From IMG/VR virus record IMGVR_UViG_3300035208_001992: a stretch of DNA of 64,000 bases. The stretch is one strand, 5' to 3'. The notes beneath the pieces were generated by a model. That model made no database searches and was not told where the DNA came from. It saw only the letters and a program-made list of their open reading frames with translations. Origin of the DNA: a virus (taxonomy: Duplodnaviria > Heunggongvirae > Uroviricota > Caudoviricetes). Below, in pieces: positions 38,426-49,004 of the stretch. The number at the start of each line of letters is the position of its first letter. The first letter of the stretch is position 1. Made by a program: the position numbers and the translations under genes.

Positions 38426-38818
38426 TTAGATCTCTTCAAGAAGCCCGTTGAGCTGCTCAACAAGTTCAGGATGCTTATTGACTTGTTTAACGAAGCTATC
38501 GAAGTTGCCTAGCTCCATGTCTTTAGCGCCAAGGACATAAACAGTTTGGTCTTTATCTGTATACGTTGCAAAACTGTAGCCAGGTTTCTTCAACAGACTG
38601 ATAATGTAAGATGTGGCTCTTGACGTACTTTCGATTTCGCTAGAATCATAGAAGTCAACGCTGAATGCTTTGAATTTGTAAAACAAGTCACAAAGTGGAC
38701 TAAGTCCGTTCCTGTCAAGGATTCGCGTAAAGTCTTTGGCGCTGATCACTGATCTTGCTTCTGACGCTTTACGCGCAACAACAGTGAATCCGAAGCTGTT
38801 AGCGATTTGCTTGATCAT
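38426..38818 (-). CDS. Class B leader cargo protein, 130 aa
   Basis: MIKQIANSFGFTVVARKASE. Confidence 0.85.
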   Translation of the reverse strand: MIKQIANSFGFTVVARKASEARSVISAKDFTRILDRNGLSPLCDLFYKFKAFSVDFYDSSEIESTSRATSYIISLLKKPGYSFATYTDKDQTVYVLGAKDMELGNFDSFVKQVNKHPELVEQLNGLLEEI

Positions 38819-39204
38819 TCTATGATCTTTCGTAGTGCTTCAACAAGTGCTATCTTCTTGTTTACGGCCGCAATGAATTTATTCTCGTCAATCTTGCCGC
38901 TGACCTTCAAACCGAAAATATGAACAGCATATGTGGTAAAAACATAGCTGATCGAGTGACCTGACTGATGCGCACGTATAGCAGCGTCAAGACATAACTC
39001 AGCAACGTCGTTAGTGTCATCTTCTGTGTGGATTGAAGATATGAATAAGCTATCGCTGCTGTCATGATCGACAAACGCATCTATTGTTTCATGCGGAAAC
39101 TCATCAATGATCTTCACGAATTCGTCGAACGTGAGTGGCTCTACGCGTTCTTGCGATCGTCTAGCTACAACTAGATTGTGCTTGTTAGCAATCTGCTTGA
39201 TCAT
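38815..39204 (-). CDS. Class B leader cargo protein, 129 aa
   Basis: MIKQIANKHNLVVARRSQE; ATGA overlap at 39204. Confidence 0.85.
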   Translation of the reverse strand: MIKQIANKHNLVVARRSQERVEPLTFDEFVKIIDEFPHETIDAFVDHDSSDSLFISSIHTEDDTNDVAELCLDAAIRAHQSGHSISYVFTTYAVHIFGLKVSGKIDENKFIAAVNKKIALVEALRKIIE

Positions 39205-41273
39205 GCCCAGTCTCCTCCATACACGGCGGCAAGATTCTTCTCGCCGTTGTATTCGACGATCTCGAATGTAAGTGACGGATGCGTCACCTTCATGTTGAGG
39301 TTGTGCAGCCACGAGCGATTGCTCGAATACTGCCAAGTTGTAACTGGTCCAAGGAACTTGATGATCTTGCTGATGCCCTGTCGAGCAGTTGGCAAGTTGT
39401 TGAATTCCTCAACAAGCAACTCGAAAGCTGCTTCCATCGACCCATCAAAAGTCTCGATGTCGCTATCGATATGAGCGCACTTCTGATGCTGTTCTGGACC
39501 AAAGCGCAGGCGCTTGCCAAAACTCGACGGTGGATGAGCAATCTGGAAGCAGTTCACAGTGTCTTCATCGTTCGCTGGCAGTAGCACAGCGCCTTTTGGA
39601 ACCTTGATCTGGTCTGTGCCATCGATCGACTCAGCCTCGAAATCTTCGAGAGCGCGCAGCTGCCGAACAGCTGCAGTCACAGGCTTGTTAGCGTTCCACC
39701 ATCCGTAGATGCGCTTGATGACGCGCCGCTCATTGTCAAGTCGCAGATTTGCGATGAAGTCAGCATTACGCGTGCCTGGAATGAAGAATGCTTTGAACTT
39801 TGCGTAGAACTCGTTGAACGGCATTGCGAAGTCTGTGGCATTCAATGAACGCGAGAACGCGTTGATCATTGATTGCAAGTACGCGTTCAACTCGGCTGGA
39901 GTATTGAAGTACGCTTCATCACCGCGCTCAAGTGCAGCTTGATATGAATCAAGGTCACGACCGTTGTTGCGCTTGAAGCTTAGCAAGTGGATGCACTCAT
40001 GCTCAAGTGTCTCGAGCAGATCTGAGCCATGCCAGTTCTTCAGCTTAGTTGGTAGCCCATAATGCTCGAATGAGCAGCTGAGCTTGATCTTTGGTATGGC
40101 AGTGCGCGAGTTCCGAATGAAGCCGCCGCTTGTCACGTTTGTGCTCGAGTTCGACAACGTCAAGAACACTGCCTTAGATCCAAGCAGCTTTGAATGAGTG
40201 ACTGAGCCAACAAGTTCACCAGCGTCGTTCTGACGCAGCTTCACTTTGCGTGTCTCAATGCCATTGAGAATCAAGTTAGCAAGCTTGTTCGCCTGATCAC
40301 GTTGCTTCTCATCGCTCTCAGCATTGGCTGTGACTTCACTTGCAACAACAGATCGCATTGATTCAAGCAGCGTCTGGCCTAGTTGCCGACGTGCATTGAG
40401 AAGCAGTTCTGCGCCTGTTGTGTTTGCTTCTAGTCCAAGTGCTGCAACGAGCTGTGCACGCGTATAGCGAAGTGACAGCGACACGTGCAGTTCATGTTGT
40501 TCTGGCACAACGTCAAACACGACAAATCCATTTGGCGTAGGTCTAGCCAGCAAGTCTTCACCGTTGAAACCTTCATAGCGCTTGAGCAAGCTCTTGATGC
40601 GCGTGACTGAAGCAGCGCGAACTACAATGCGCTTTGTTGACTTCAGCTCGTACAGATTGCCATGCACAGCAATCGTTGTATTCGACCAATTGAACTGGCG
40701 CGTCACTACGTTGAGCGACGCCATGTTGCGGAAGATCTGCTCGACGTACGACTTGCAGATCCCAAGCTCACGCATCATTCGCGATTTCAAGTTAGCATCT
40801 GGCTTGCCACCAGCATCACCATCATTGAACGCTGTGATGTTGCGACGCCGGCATACTTCGTTGAGCCACTTCACTGCAATTGCGAACGTGGCAACAGCAT
40901 CGCGGCCAACAATGGCTTGCTTGAATCGCTGAGACTCCATGATCTCATCCCAGACAGCTCTAGCCTTCGCGCTGATGTTCTTCGGGTAACGACCACGTCC
41001 AGGACGCACAACTGCAGCTTCAACGTAACCGTTGACTGGATGCACTTGCACTTGACCATGGAAGATCGTTGAGAGCTGCTCCCAAATTTCATCACGCGTT
41101 ACACAGCCATGCAGCTTATTGAGTAAGTGGTCCTTGAACAGCAACAGCTCATCTACCTGCAACACATGCGTAGCGCCGACGTTAGAAGCAACAAAAAGCG
41201 CCTCCGGTAATCCGGATTGCGCCTCTGCTGAGATTTTTGCGTGCTCGATGTCGAGCAATATGTATTTGTCCAT
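39201..41273 (-). CDS. Multidomain protein with a zincin-like HExxH domain, 690 aa
   Basis: LEHECIH at 39987-40001 with a downstream YFNTPAELNAY. Confidence 0.75.
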   Translation of the reverse strand: MDKYILLDIEHAKISAEAQSGLPEALFVASNVGATHVLQVDELLLFKDHLLNKLHGCVTRDEIWEQLSTIFHGQVQVHPVNGYVEAAVVRPGRGRYPKNISAKARAVWDEIMESQRFKQAIVGRDAVATFAIAVKWLNEVCRRRNITAFNDGDAGGKPDANLKSRMMRELGICKSYVEQIFRNMASLNVVTRQFNWSNTTIAVHGNLYELKSTKRIVVRAASVTRIKSLLKRYEGFNGEDLLARPTPNGFVVFDVVPEQHELHVSLSLRYTRAQLVAALGLEANTTGAELLLNARRQLGQTLLESMRSVVASEVTANAESDEKQRDQANKLANLILNGIETRKVKLRQNDAGELVGSVTHSKLLGSKAVFLTLSNSSTNVTSGGFIRNSRTAIPKIKLSCSFEHYGLPTKLKNWHGSDLLETLEHECIHLLSFKRNNGRDLDSYQAALERGDEAYFNTPAELNAYLQSMINAFSRSLNATDFAMPFNEFYAKFKAFFIPGTRNADFIANLRLDNERRVIKRIYGWWNANKPVTAAVRQLRALEDFEAESIDGTDQIKVPKGAVLLPANDEDTVNCFQIAHPPSSFGKRLRFGPEQHQKCAHIDSDIETFDGSMEAAFELLVEEFNNLPTARQGISKIIKFLGPVTTWQYSSNRSWLHNLNMKVTHPSLTFEIVEYNGEKNLAAVYGGDWA

Positions 41274-41290
41274 GCCTATAGAGAATTGAG

Positions 41291-44206
41291 TCAACAAGCC
41301 GTCAAAGACTTCAATTTGTCCATAATCTGCTGCCTGATCTGCTCAATGATCGCCGCAGCTCCTTCAGACGCAGAAATCTCCATTGACTTGTAAACCAGCA
41401 CGCTCTTATCGAGTTGATTGAATTTCAGCGATTGCAGCTGAAGTAGTCCAAGCAGGATGCGGATATTCGCTTTGAGCTTCGCAATTTCACGCGCAAGCGC
41501 TGGATCACCTCCACCAAAGCCGATGCTTGCAGTGCAGTTGAGCTTGAAGCTAACTGGGATTGGAACAAGACCCATTGCTACATAATTGCCTGCGCCAGAC
41601 ATCTCATAGCTCATATAGCCAGAAAATGAATTCATTAGCTTATCGGCGAGACATTCGATCACGTTCAGCGCGTCAATGATTGACTTCATGAGCGCTTGGA
41701 TCTTGTCATTGATCTTCGCAATAATGCCGTTGATCTTGTCCATCAACTTTGCGAACAGCGCAGAGAGCAAGACATCGGCGCCGCCTGAAACGTAGCAGCT
41801 GACGAATTTCGTCTGCCACGACATATTGCCGTACACGTTGTAGTTCAAGTTAGCCAGATCCTCGAGAATCTCCGGCAGAGTCTTATTTGTGTCGAACGCA
41901 GATTGGAAAAACTTTGTAGCACGCTCACGACCCTTACGTACAAGCTTTTGAGCGCGCTCGAGTAAGCGATTGATCATTGCGATTGCTCCAACTAGCGCGC
42001 GGTAGGCTTCGCCGAGCGTTGATGAAACCAAGTCACCAATGAAGTCAGCAAGCTTGCCTTCATATCTGTTTGCGAGCGACTGCGAGTCTTCCCAGAAGTT
42101 CTTGAGCTTTGCGCAGGTCTCTGCGTCCGATTGACAGATGTAGTCCAGCATCGATGCTAGCAGGTTCTGCGCAGCGTTTGGATTGACGATGTCGCCAGCT
42201 AGATCTACGATGTCATCCCATAGCGTTGATGCGCGCTGTGACTTGTTCTCAAGATCGGCCTTCGAGATGATGCCAACTATCGACGGTGCCATTGACGCCG
42301 AGTATCCGCAGAAGCGCTCACGCAGGTCAATAGCTTCGTCATGAGCTAGCAACTCGAAGTCACGATCAAGTCGATTGAAGATCGCTAACGCATAAGCGAA
42401 CTTGCCATGGTTCTGCCGAAATGCGTTGATGATCGTTGTGTCATACGTGATGTCTTCGATGCCATCTGAATCGATATGCGCGTCAACAGCGCTGAGCAAT
42501 CGAGATCGCACTGCGTCTTGTGACTCATAGATGTCAAGCTCATCGATCGTTGGACGCTTGTTGAGTACGTCAGCAAGGCCATCACCAAGGATGTCGAACA
42601 TTGCGAGTCCATCGCGCGTGCGAAAGACATTCAAGTCAACGAACCCATATGTATCTGTCAAGGCCCTGACTGGTTCACGCGTAAGCGCTACGAATTCACG
42701 ATTCGACTTTGTCGACAACGCGTCGCATTGGTCTTCAAGCGCAGTTGCTTGCGCTGATCCAATGTCACTCACAGCTTCCCAATACGATGTTCCAGACAGC
42801 ATGCACGAGAATTGCTTGTCTGTCAGCTCATAGTTCAACAGAGCGTTGATGACTGCTGCAGACACTTGAGTTCCGCTTAAGTCACCGCCTGTCCACGTGG
42901 CTGAACCAGCTTGCTTGAGCGTGATGCTTGAGTCTGGCGCAACGCCACCGCTACGGTTTGCGTTAGCTGCTGACCGCTGCAAGATCCCGTCAATTCCGAG
43001 TGCTTCACTTGCGTCTCCGTCTCCGACATAGAAGAAGCTGATTGAAGCGTTTGGTCCGCGATCTGCTGTTGCAAACGAGATCTCGTTGCCGTAGCCAGCA
43101 ACGCGTAGATACAAGCCGAACACGCGTGATATAGCTGATGCAACGCTGTCAGCATTGTACTTGTCGAACAATGTGCGTGAGCCTTGGTCACCTGTGACGT
43201 CAACAACGCGTGCAAGACCGCCGACCTTGATGCCAAGCTTGTATGCAGTGACTCCAAGTTTCGATTCGTCAAAACCGCTTGTGCGTAGCACTGGAGTCTG
43301 ATTGCGCACGTCTTCAGTATCGCTGTGACGAAGCACGCGACATACAAGCTGTGGATTGCCCTTCCAGCCTTGTTCGGTGTAGAAGTCACGTGCAACAGCT
43401 TCAGCATAAGCGCGTGATGCATCGCGAGCAATGAATCTCTCAGAGAATACTAACGCAGTCCTGTCAGTGATCAAGATGTCTTCATCAAACGCTGGCTGTG
43501 ACAGAGACGCGCGTACGACGTCATAATCGAATGTTGAGCCATCGTCTGTTGCCGCAACAACTTCAGTCATTGGCAGAGACCAGACAACGCCAACACCGTT
43601 CTTCCAAGTGTCCTTGATGAACGTCTTCACATCGACTAAGTTGCCACCAAATGCCTTTGAGAGCTCGCGCAGTTGATCAATCGTTCCACCAGCGTTGTAA
43701 GTGCCTGTGCAACTCTGCGCATCGCGTTGACGCGTCATTGATGATGAGCTTGGTGGAACCGTGATCACTGGATCAACATATGTGTCATCACCAAGTATGA
43801 CACGCAATTCTGGAATAGCTGCAAGGCCTTGACCAAACTGCAGTGTGAGAGCTTCAGTCGATGCATTGCCTATGCCGTTGTTCATCGCATAGATCGCGCC
43901 ATTGACTACGCAGAAACCGCGCTTCTCCATGCGCAGTTCAGCGTCTCGCTGCGTGCGATCGATACGCGTGATCTCAGAATCCTTGAAGGCCTCGTTCAGT
44001 GAACCTGGGTTAGATGCAGTGAATGCTTCGTTGTGATCATTGATCACTGAAGTCAGTTCCTTAGCCATCGCAGCTGAATCAGCATCAGTCACGTTGTCAA
44101 GGGCAGCATCGATGGCAGTTTCGAGCGCATCTAGTTGGACATCGAGATCATCGAGCTGCTTCTTGATTCCAGGATCGGCTTGGCACGCAAGTATCAGTGT
44201 TGACAT
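41291..44206 (-). CDS. Large virion-associated protein, possibly tail tip/baseplate or ejected, 971 aa
   Basis: Downstream of the tape measure gene; long amphipathic helical C-terminus. The function is inferred from position. Confidence 0.6.
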   Translation of the reverse strand: MSTLILACQADPGIKKQLDDLDVQLDALETAIDAALDNVTDADSAAMAKELTSVINDHNEAFTASNPGSLNEAFKDSEITRIDRTQRDAELRMEKRGFCVVNGAIYAMNNGIGNASTEALTLQFGQGLAAIPELRVILGDDTYVDPVITVPPSSSSMTRQRDAQSCTGTYNAGGTIDQLRELSKAFGGNLVDVKTFIKDTWKNGVGVVWSLPMTEVVAATDDGSTFDYDVVRASLSQPAFDEDILITDRTALVFSERFIARDASRAYAEAVARDFYTEQGWKGNPQLVCRVLRHSDTEDVRNQTPVLRTSGFDESKLGVTAYKLGIKVGGLARVVDVTGDQGSRTLFDKYNADSVASAISRVFGLYLRVAGYGNEISFATADRGPNASISFFYVGDGDASEALGIDGILQRSAANANRSGGVAPDSSITLKQAGSATWTGGDLSGTQVSAAVINALLNYELTDKQFSCMLSGTSYWEAVSDIGSAQATALEDQCDALSTKSNREFVALTREPVRALTDTYGFVDLNVFRTRDGLAMFDILGDGLADVLNKRPTIDELDIYESQDAVRSRLLSAVDAHIDSDGIEDITYDTTIINAFRQNHGKFAYALAIFNRLDRDFELLAHDEAIDLRERFCGYSASMAPSIVGIISKADLENKSQRASTLWDDIVDLAGDIVNPNAAQNLLASMLDYICQSDAETCAKLKNFWEDSQSLANRYEGKLADFIGDLVSSTLGEAYRALVGAIAMINRLLERAQKLVRKGRERATKFFQSAFDTNKTLPEILEDLANLNYNVYGNMSWQTKFVSCYVSGGADVLLSALFAKLMDKINGIIAKINDKIQALMKSIIDALNVIECLADKLMNSFSGYMSYEMSGAGNYVAMGLVPIPVSFKLNCTASIGFGGGDPALAREIAKLKANIRILLGLLQLQSLKFNQLDKSVLVYKSMEISASEGAAAIIEQIRQQIMDKLKSLTAC

Positions 44207-44212
44207 TTTGCC

Positions 44213-44653
44213 TCAATAGACCGTGATGATGAGCCAAGAAACGCCGGCTGCAATGACAACATATGCTGCTGTGACCACGCCAGCTCCTGTCCAAAATCCG
44301 CGTTTGAATCCAGTCTTTCGAGCCTCATTCGCAACTGCATCAAGTTGTCCAACGACTTTGAGTCGATTCGCGTTTGCTGTGTCGTACGCAGCTTTCCAAT
44401 TCGCTGCTGCAATCGAATCGTGCTTGTCTGCATTGCGGTATGCGTCGACCTGTTTGGCTAACACCTTGTTCAGATCTTGGCACAAACCGTTCTCACGTTC
44501 AAGCGCAATCTTCGTTTCTTGATTCGCGATCACTTGCCTAAACTCAGTGAGTGGCATGACAGCGGACGGCGTATCAATTGGAGCACAACCAGACTTGTAC
44601 AGTTTGGTTTCTGCTCCAGCAAGCAGCATCAATGCTGCAGCAAGCGCTAGCAT
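44213..44653 (-). CDS. Signal-peptide, coiled-coil, C-terminal TM protein (spanin-like topology), 146 aa
   Basis: MLALAAALMLLAGA N-terminus; FWTGAGVVTAAYVVIAAGVSWLII C-terminus. Confidence 0.6.
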   Translation of the reverse strand: MLALAAALMLLAGAETKLYKSGCAPIDTPSAVMPLTEFRQVIANQETKIALERENGLCQDLNKVLAKQVDAYRNADKHDSIAAANWKAAYDTANANRLKVVGQLDAVANEARKTGFKRGFWTGAGVVTAAYVVIAAGVSWLIITVY

Positions 44654-44859
44654 ACAACTAGCACGATGCCATTTGCAACGAGCTCCTTTATGTTCGACTT
44701 TTCGATTGCCTTGCGAACTTCAGTTGTACCAATAGCGATCACCTTTGGGTTGTTGTCACAGATTGTGATCGCTGGCACTGTGCTTACTCGAACGTCACCG
44801 ACCGTGTTCTTTCGAACAACGAGAGATCCGCTCAAGATTGAGAAATCAAGCGCTTTCAT
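44647..44859 (-). CDS. Small hypothetical protein, 70 aa
   Basis: ATG lies 1 nt after the tape measure stop. Confidence 0.65.
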   Translation of the reverse strand: MKALDFSILSGSLVVRKNTVGDVRVSTVPAITICDNNPKVIAIGTTEVRKAIEKSNIKELVANGIVLVVC

Positions 44860-44860
44860 G

Positions 44861-47800
44861 TTAGACCTTTCCTGCATAGCCTGAGCGATCGGATGACAGA
44901 CGCATGAGCTGTCCGTCAAGCCAGCGCTGAGAGTTGTCCACGTCGATTACGATGCGAGAACGACCTGTGCTGTCGCTCTCAAGCCGTCCAAATGCCTTTG
45001 ACGCGTTCGGTCCACCTGTAGCTGTTTGTGTTTGTTGCGCAACTACGTTTGGCGTTAGTACTGCTGCGTTTGGTACTGGCGCGTTTGGCATCACGACATT
45101 GTTTTCATCAGTTGCTTCAACGTCATCACCGAGGAACTTGTCGTATGCTTTGTTCGCAGCCCAAGCTGCGCCTTTACCACCAGCCATTGACGCGCCAGCA
45201 GAAGCGCCACCAAGAAGCAAGCCACCACCAATACCGACGCCTGTTGCGCCCATACCAGCGGCTGCTGCAAGCGTAGCAGTACGAGCACCAAAGCTACCAG
45301 CTGCAGATGCTGCACCAACGAATAGCTTCTTGCCAATTGAGCCTTCAGTTGCAATGCCATCAGTGACACCTTGAAGCACGTCACCAACGCCTGGAAGCCA
45401 TTTACCAATGAACTTAGCGCCGTTGCCAGCAATGCGAAGCATGCGACCGACACCGAACTTGTTCACGACGCCTGCTACTTTAGATATCGCCTTTTGCGCA
45501 AACGGGAAGCGCTTAGCTAGTCCCATCACACGCCCAAAGCCTGATGCCATCTTGTTCTTGAGCCAAGCGGCAGCGCCAACGAAGTTAGCCCATAGCCCAG
45601 CAAACATTGGAAGATGCATCAAGCCAAGAGCTCCGTGCATCACGCCTTGTGCAGTCATCAGCCAAGTATTGAAGCCACGCCACTTCTTGTTGTCAACTGT
45701 AGTGTCAGCGCCGCGCTTGTTCAGCCATCCCTTGTCGTCTCCGGCTTCGCGTTCCAGACGCTTAAGCAAGTCCTTCTGCGCGTCGACTTCCTTTTGTGGC
45801 CGCCCAATCTTCTTGAGACGCTCAATGCGATCTTTGACGGCCTTGATCATCGTTATCTTTTGCTGATAGGCCTTGTCCTTCTGATCGTACAGATTCTTCT
45901 CATCTTCCTTCGCCTTGAGCTCTGCTTCTTTGGCTTTGGCCTCTGACTCGAGAGCTTCAATCAAAGTGCGATCACCAGTGGCCCGAGCGGCCGCTAACGC
46001 TTCACCGAGTTCGCCAAGATACTGACTACGTCCAGCTATTTGTTCGCCGAACTTGCGTGTACCTGCGGTATCGGTATCTTCTTCATTTGGATTCTCGTCG
46101 TTAGTCAGACCAGCGTCCATCGCGCTCAATGCCGCTGTTCCAGCGACCATGCCAATGCTCATTAGCGCAGTCTTGCCGAGGAAGCTGTTCAAGAAGCCGA
46201 TCTTACCAAGCGGCTTCAATACAGGAGCTCCTATTCTTGACGCACTCTTCAATCCAGCTTTGCCACGCTTAAGCATACTTGACATTCTACCTGGAACAGC
46301 TTGTCCAGCTTTACGCGCACGCATACGAGCTAGTCGTGTACGAGCACTAAGCCTTGCTCCCTTGCCAGCAGTGACTGATCCAGGGGATTCATCTCCCATT
46401 TCACCGGCCATCATGGCTTCGTCCATCATGCCAGCGCCGCCCATTGCACCGCCAGCAAAACCGCCGCCAAAACCTGGAGCGCCCATGCCAGGCATTCCCA
46501 TGCCCATGATACGCATCTGTGCGGCCGCTGCAACGCTATTGATGCTCTCTCTTGCTGATCCAGTCAAGCTGCCAAGCCTGTTAGCAGCACCGCGCAATGA
46601 AGCACCAGCATTTGAAGCAATAGAAAGATCAACGCCAGCGAATCGATCTTTGAATGATCCAGACATGCGTTGATACATGCGATTTGCGCCGCTTGCTGCA
46701 TTACGACCGAGTACTTGGACTCGAGCCGCGCCAGACCTGAACAACGCACGCATATCAAAACTTGAGTGCATGATCTTTGCGAGATACTCTTTCGAGATCT
46801 TCAACCATTGACCAAGGCGATCAAGCACTGCGCCTGTACGAACATGCCGCCAGAGCTGGCCAAGCGTTGATTTGGCTTGCTCTGCATAGCTGGCAAGAGG
46901 CGTTAGTTTTTCGTTCAGCGCTCCGAGCGGTGGAGACAGCTTGCGTTCGGCCCAAGCAGTAAAGCGATCCATTGGACCAGCCATTGCGTTCTTGATATTT
47001 TCAAATACGCGTGGAATGCCTTGGAACAGCTTATAGAGCAAGCCAATTGTGCCAATCACTACAGCTACTTTTGTGAACTTCTGCATCAACTTCCAGAGGC
47101 CAACAACAGCAAGGCCATATGTGTGGTATTGAGGCGAACTCACCACAGCCTTCATGACTTCTTTGATCATTGTTGGCGCCATGATCGATTGGTCGATCAC
47201 AGCTGAAGCGTTAGTCTTATCCTTAGTACCGCCGAGAGCAAGCTTGAATTCCTCAAAGCCACCGCCCTTCTGGAGCACTTGTAGCAAGTCACCTGCTTGT
47301 TCTGGCGACAGATTTTCACCGCCAGCAAACTGCTTGAAGACTTCGAGACTTTGTGCATTTCCCTTCGCGATACCGCGCATCAGCTCGAACTGCTTTTGCA
47401 TGCCTGCATCAGTGCCCTTCATGATTTCCATGACTTGCACTTGAGCATTCACGTCCTTACGCGCAATGTCGAGCGTACGAGCAGTCGACTCAGACACGCC
47501 ATAGTGTGAAGAGATGAGGCGAGCGCGCTCTTCAGCATCATCAACACCTGCAAGCAACTTCTGTAGTTCCTGGCGCAGTTGTTCACCAGCCTGGAAACCC
47601 AGGTAGCCGCCAGGCTTCGCAAAGATGCCTGTTAGCTGCTTGGCCACGTCCATTGACTGGTTGTATGTCATGCCGAGCTCTTTGCCGACCTTGACAGCAT
47701 AAGCAACGCGAGCAGAAAGGTGATCAACGTTTAGTGTGAAGCCATCGAATGCCTGTGCGGCGTCAGTCAAAATGCCAGTCAAGTCATTCAAGAAGATGCC

Positions 47801-48994
47801 GCCGTTGACGCCCATCTCCTCGAGTGTTTCGTTGACTAACTGACCAGAACGCGCAATTGTGTTGAGGCCTTCCTTGGCTTGCTTGTGGCTCTTGCCGAAT
47901 TGATTGACGAGACGCGCGTACAATTCAGTAGCCTGGTCGACAGACGCGCCAGTGACGCGTGAGAAAGCCAGGATGTTCTCAATCGCGTCCGTAGCAATGT
48001 CCGTGCGGATCTTTCCGTCTTTGCCGTAGACAAGTCGAACTGATTGGCTCAGCTTTGCATATGCCTCATTCGCTGCTTCAATCGGCATGTTCATGCGAGC
48101 AGCAGACAGGCCAAGCCGCGTCTGCATCTTCGCAAGATTCCATGTGTCGACTGTTAGCGTCCTGATGCCATAGCTAGTATGGTCTAGGGACTGGCCGTAT
48201 CCGTAGTAGTTCTCGATCGCTTTGTCAGCGATTGCATTCATCTCAGCAAAGACGACAGCGAGTGACGCGCCAGCGATGAACTCGCCCTTCATCGTCTTGA
48301 TCTTGTCCCAAGCCGATGCTAGCAATCCAGCTTGTTTGGCCGCCTCTTTCGTATCGTCCTTGATGTCTTCAACGTTGTCCGCAGCCTTGCCTGTGCCTTC
48401 AGCAACATCGCCAGACATCGAGTCGCCGAGGTTAGCCGAATACTGAGATGCTTCACGCAAGTCAGCAGCGATCGACTCAAACTGCGGCCGCATTGCTTCA
48501 ATCTGCTCATTCGTCTTGCGCAGCTCTTCAGCGTCGGCTCCCGACAGGTTGCCTTGCTTACTCATTTGTGCTGCTTTAGCGCGCAGTTCCATGTACTCGC
48601 GTTCTTTGCCGCGCAATGAATCATACTCGCGGCGGAGTTGAGACATGCGCTCAATACGAGCTTCAAGAGCGCGAGCTTGTACGTCATCACCGTTCTTAGC
48701 AGCACGTGCGGCAGCTTGAGAATAGCTGTTCTGCACGATGCTCATTGACCTCAAAACCTTTGTACGCCGCTCCTCTAGGGCTGTTAGATCGGACACAGCC
48801 ACTTGCGCGTCAGTCAATGGCTTCGTATAGTTCTGGACGTCGGCGGCTGCTTGACGCGCAGTGCCAGAGTCAACTGTGCGCGCGTTTCGATACAGTCCAG
48901 CACCGCCTTTTGCAAGGTCTGCAGACACTTTCGCGCCTTCGACAATGTCACCCGCGGATGCTGCCATCCGCAGGCCTTCAAGCAGTGCTCCCAT
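44861..48994 (-). CDS. Tail tape measure protein, 1377 aa
   Basis: Ala/Gly-rich helical protein with hydrophobic segments; follows sheath, tube and the chaperone pair. Confidence 0.85.
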   Translation of the reverse strand: MGALLEGLRMAASAGDIVEGAKVSADLAKGGAGLYRNARTVDSGTARQAAADVQNYTKPLTDAQVAVSDLTALEERRTKVLRSMSIVQNSYSQAAARAAKNGDDVQARALEARIERMSQLRREYDSLRGKEREYMELRAKAAQMSKQGNLSGADAEELRKTNEQIEAMRPQFESIAADLREASQYSANLGDSMSGDVAEGTGKAADNVEDIKDDTKEAAKQAGLLASAWDKIKTMKGEFIAGASLAVVFAEMNAIADKAIENYYGYGQSLDHTSYGIRTLTVDTWNLAKMQTRLGLSAARMNMPIEAANEAYAKLSQSVRLVYGKDGKIRTDIATDAIENILAFSRVTGASVDQATELYARLVNQFGKSHKQAKEGLNTIARSGQLVNETLEEMGVNGGIFLNDLTGILTDAAQAFDGFTLNVDHLSARVAYAVKVGKELGMTYNQSMDVAKQLTGIFAKPGGYLGFQAGEQLRQELQKLLAGVDDAEERARLISSHYGVSESTARTLDIARKDVNAQVQVMEIMKGTDAGMQKQFELMRGIAKGNAQSLEVFKQFAGGENLSPEQAGDLLQVLQKGGGFEEFKLALGGTKDKTNASAVIDQSIMAPTMIKEVMKAVVSSPQYHTYGLAVVGLWKLMQKFTKVAVVIGTIGLLYKLFQGIPRVFENIKNAMAGPMDRFTAWAERKLSPPLGALNEKLTPLASYAEQAKSTLGQLWRHVRTGAVLDRLGQWLKISKEYLAKIMHSSFDMRALFRSGAARVQVLGRNAASGANRMYQRMSGSFKDRFAGVDLSIASNAGASLRGAANRLGSLTGSARESINSVAAAAQMRIMGMGMPGMGAPGFGGGFAGGAMGGAGMMDEAMMAGEMGDESPGSVTAGKGARLSARTRLARMRARKAGQAVPGRMSSMLKRGKAGLKSASRIGAPVLKPLGKIGFLNSFLGKTALMSIGMVAGTAALSAMDAGLTNDENPNEEDTDTAGTRKFGEQIAGRSQYLGELGEALAAARATGDRTLIEALESEAKAKEAELKAKEDEKNLYDQKDKAYQQKITMIKAVKDRIERLKKIGRPQKEVDAQKDLLKRLEREAGDDKGWLNKRGADTTVDNKKWRGFNTWLMTAQGVMHGALGLMHLPMFAGLWANFVGAAAWLKNKMASGFGRVMGLAKRFPFAQKAISKVAGVVNKFGVGRMLRIAGNGAKFIGKWLPGVGDVLQGVTDGIATEGSIGKKLFVGAASAAGSFGARTATLAAAAGMGATGVGIGGGLLLGGASAGASMAGGKGAAWAANKAYDKFLGDDVEATDENNVVMPNAPVPNAAVLTPNVVAQQTQTATGGPNASKAFGRLESDSTGRSRIVIDVDNSQRWLDGQLMRLSSDRSGYAGKV

Positions 48995-49004
48995 CTAAGT
49001 ACTC

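Noticed and set aside
44861-48994. Lysozyme or peptidase domain in the tape measure protein
   Set aside because: No catalytic motif recognised. The Gly/Met-rich stretch is low complexity only.
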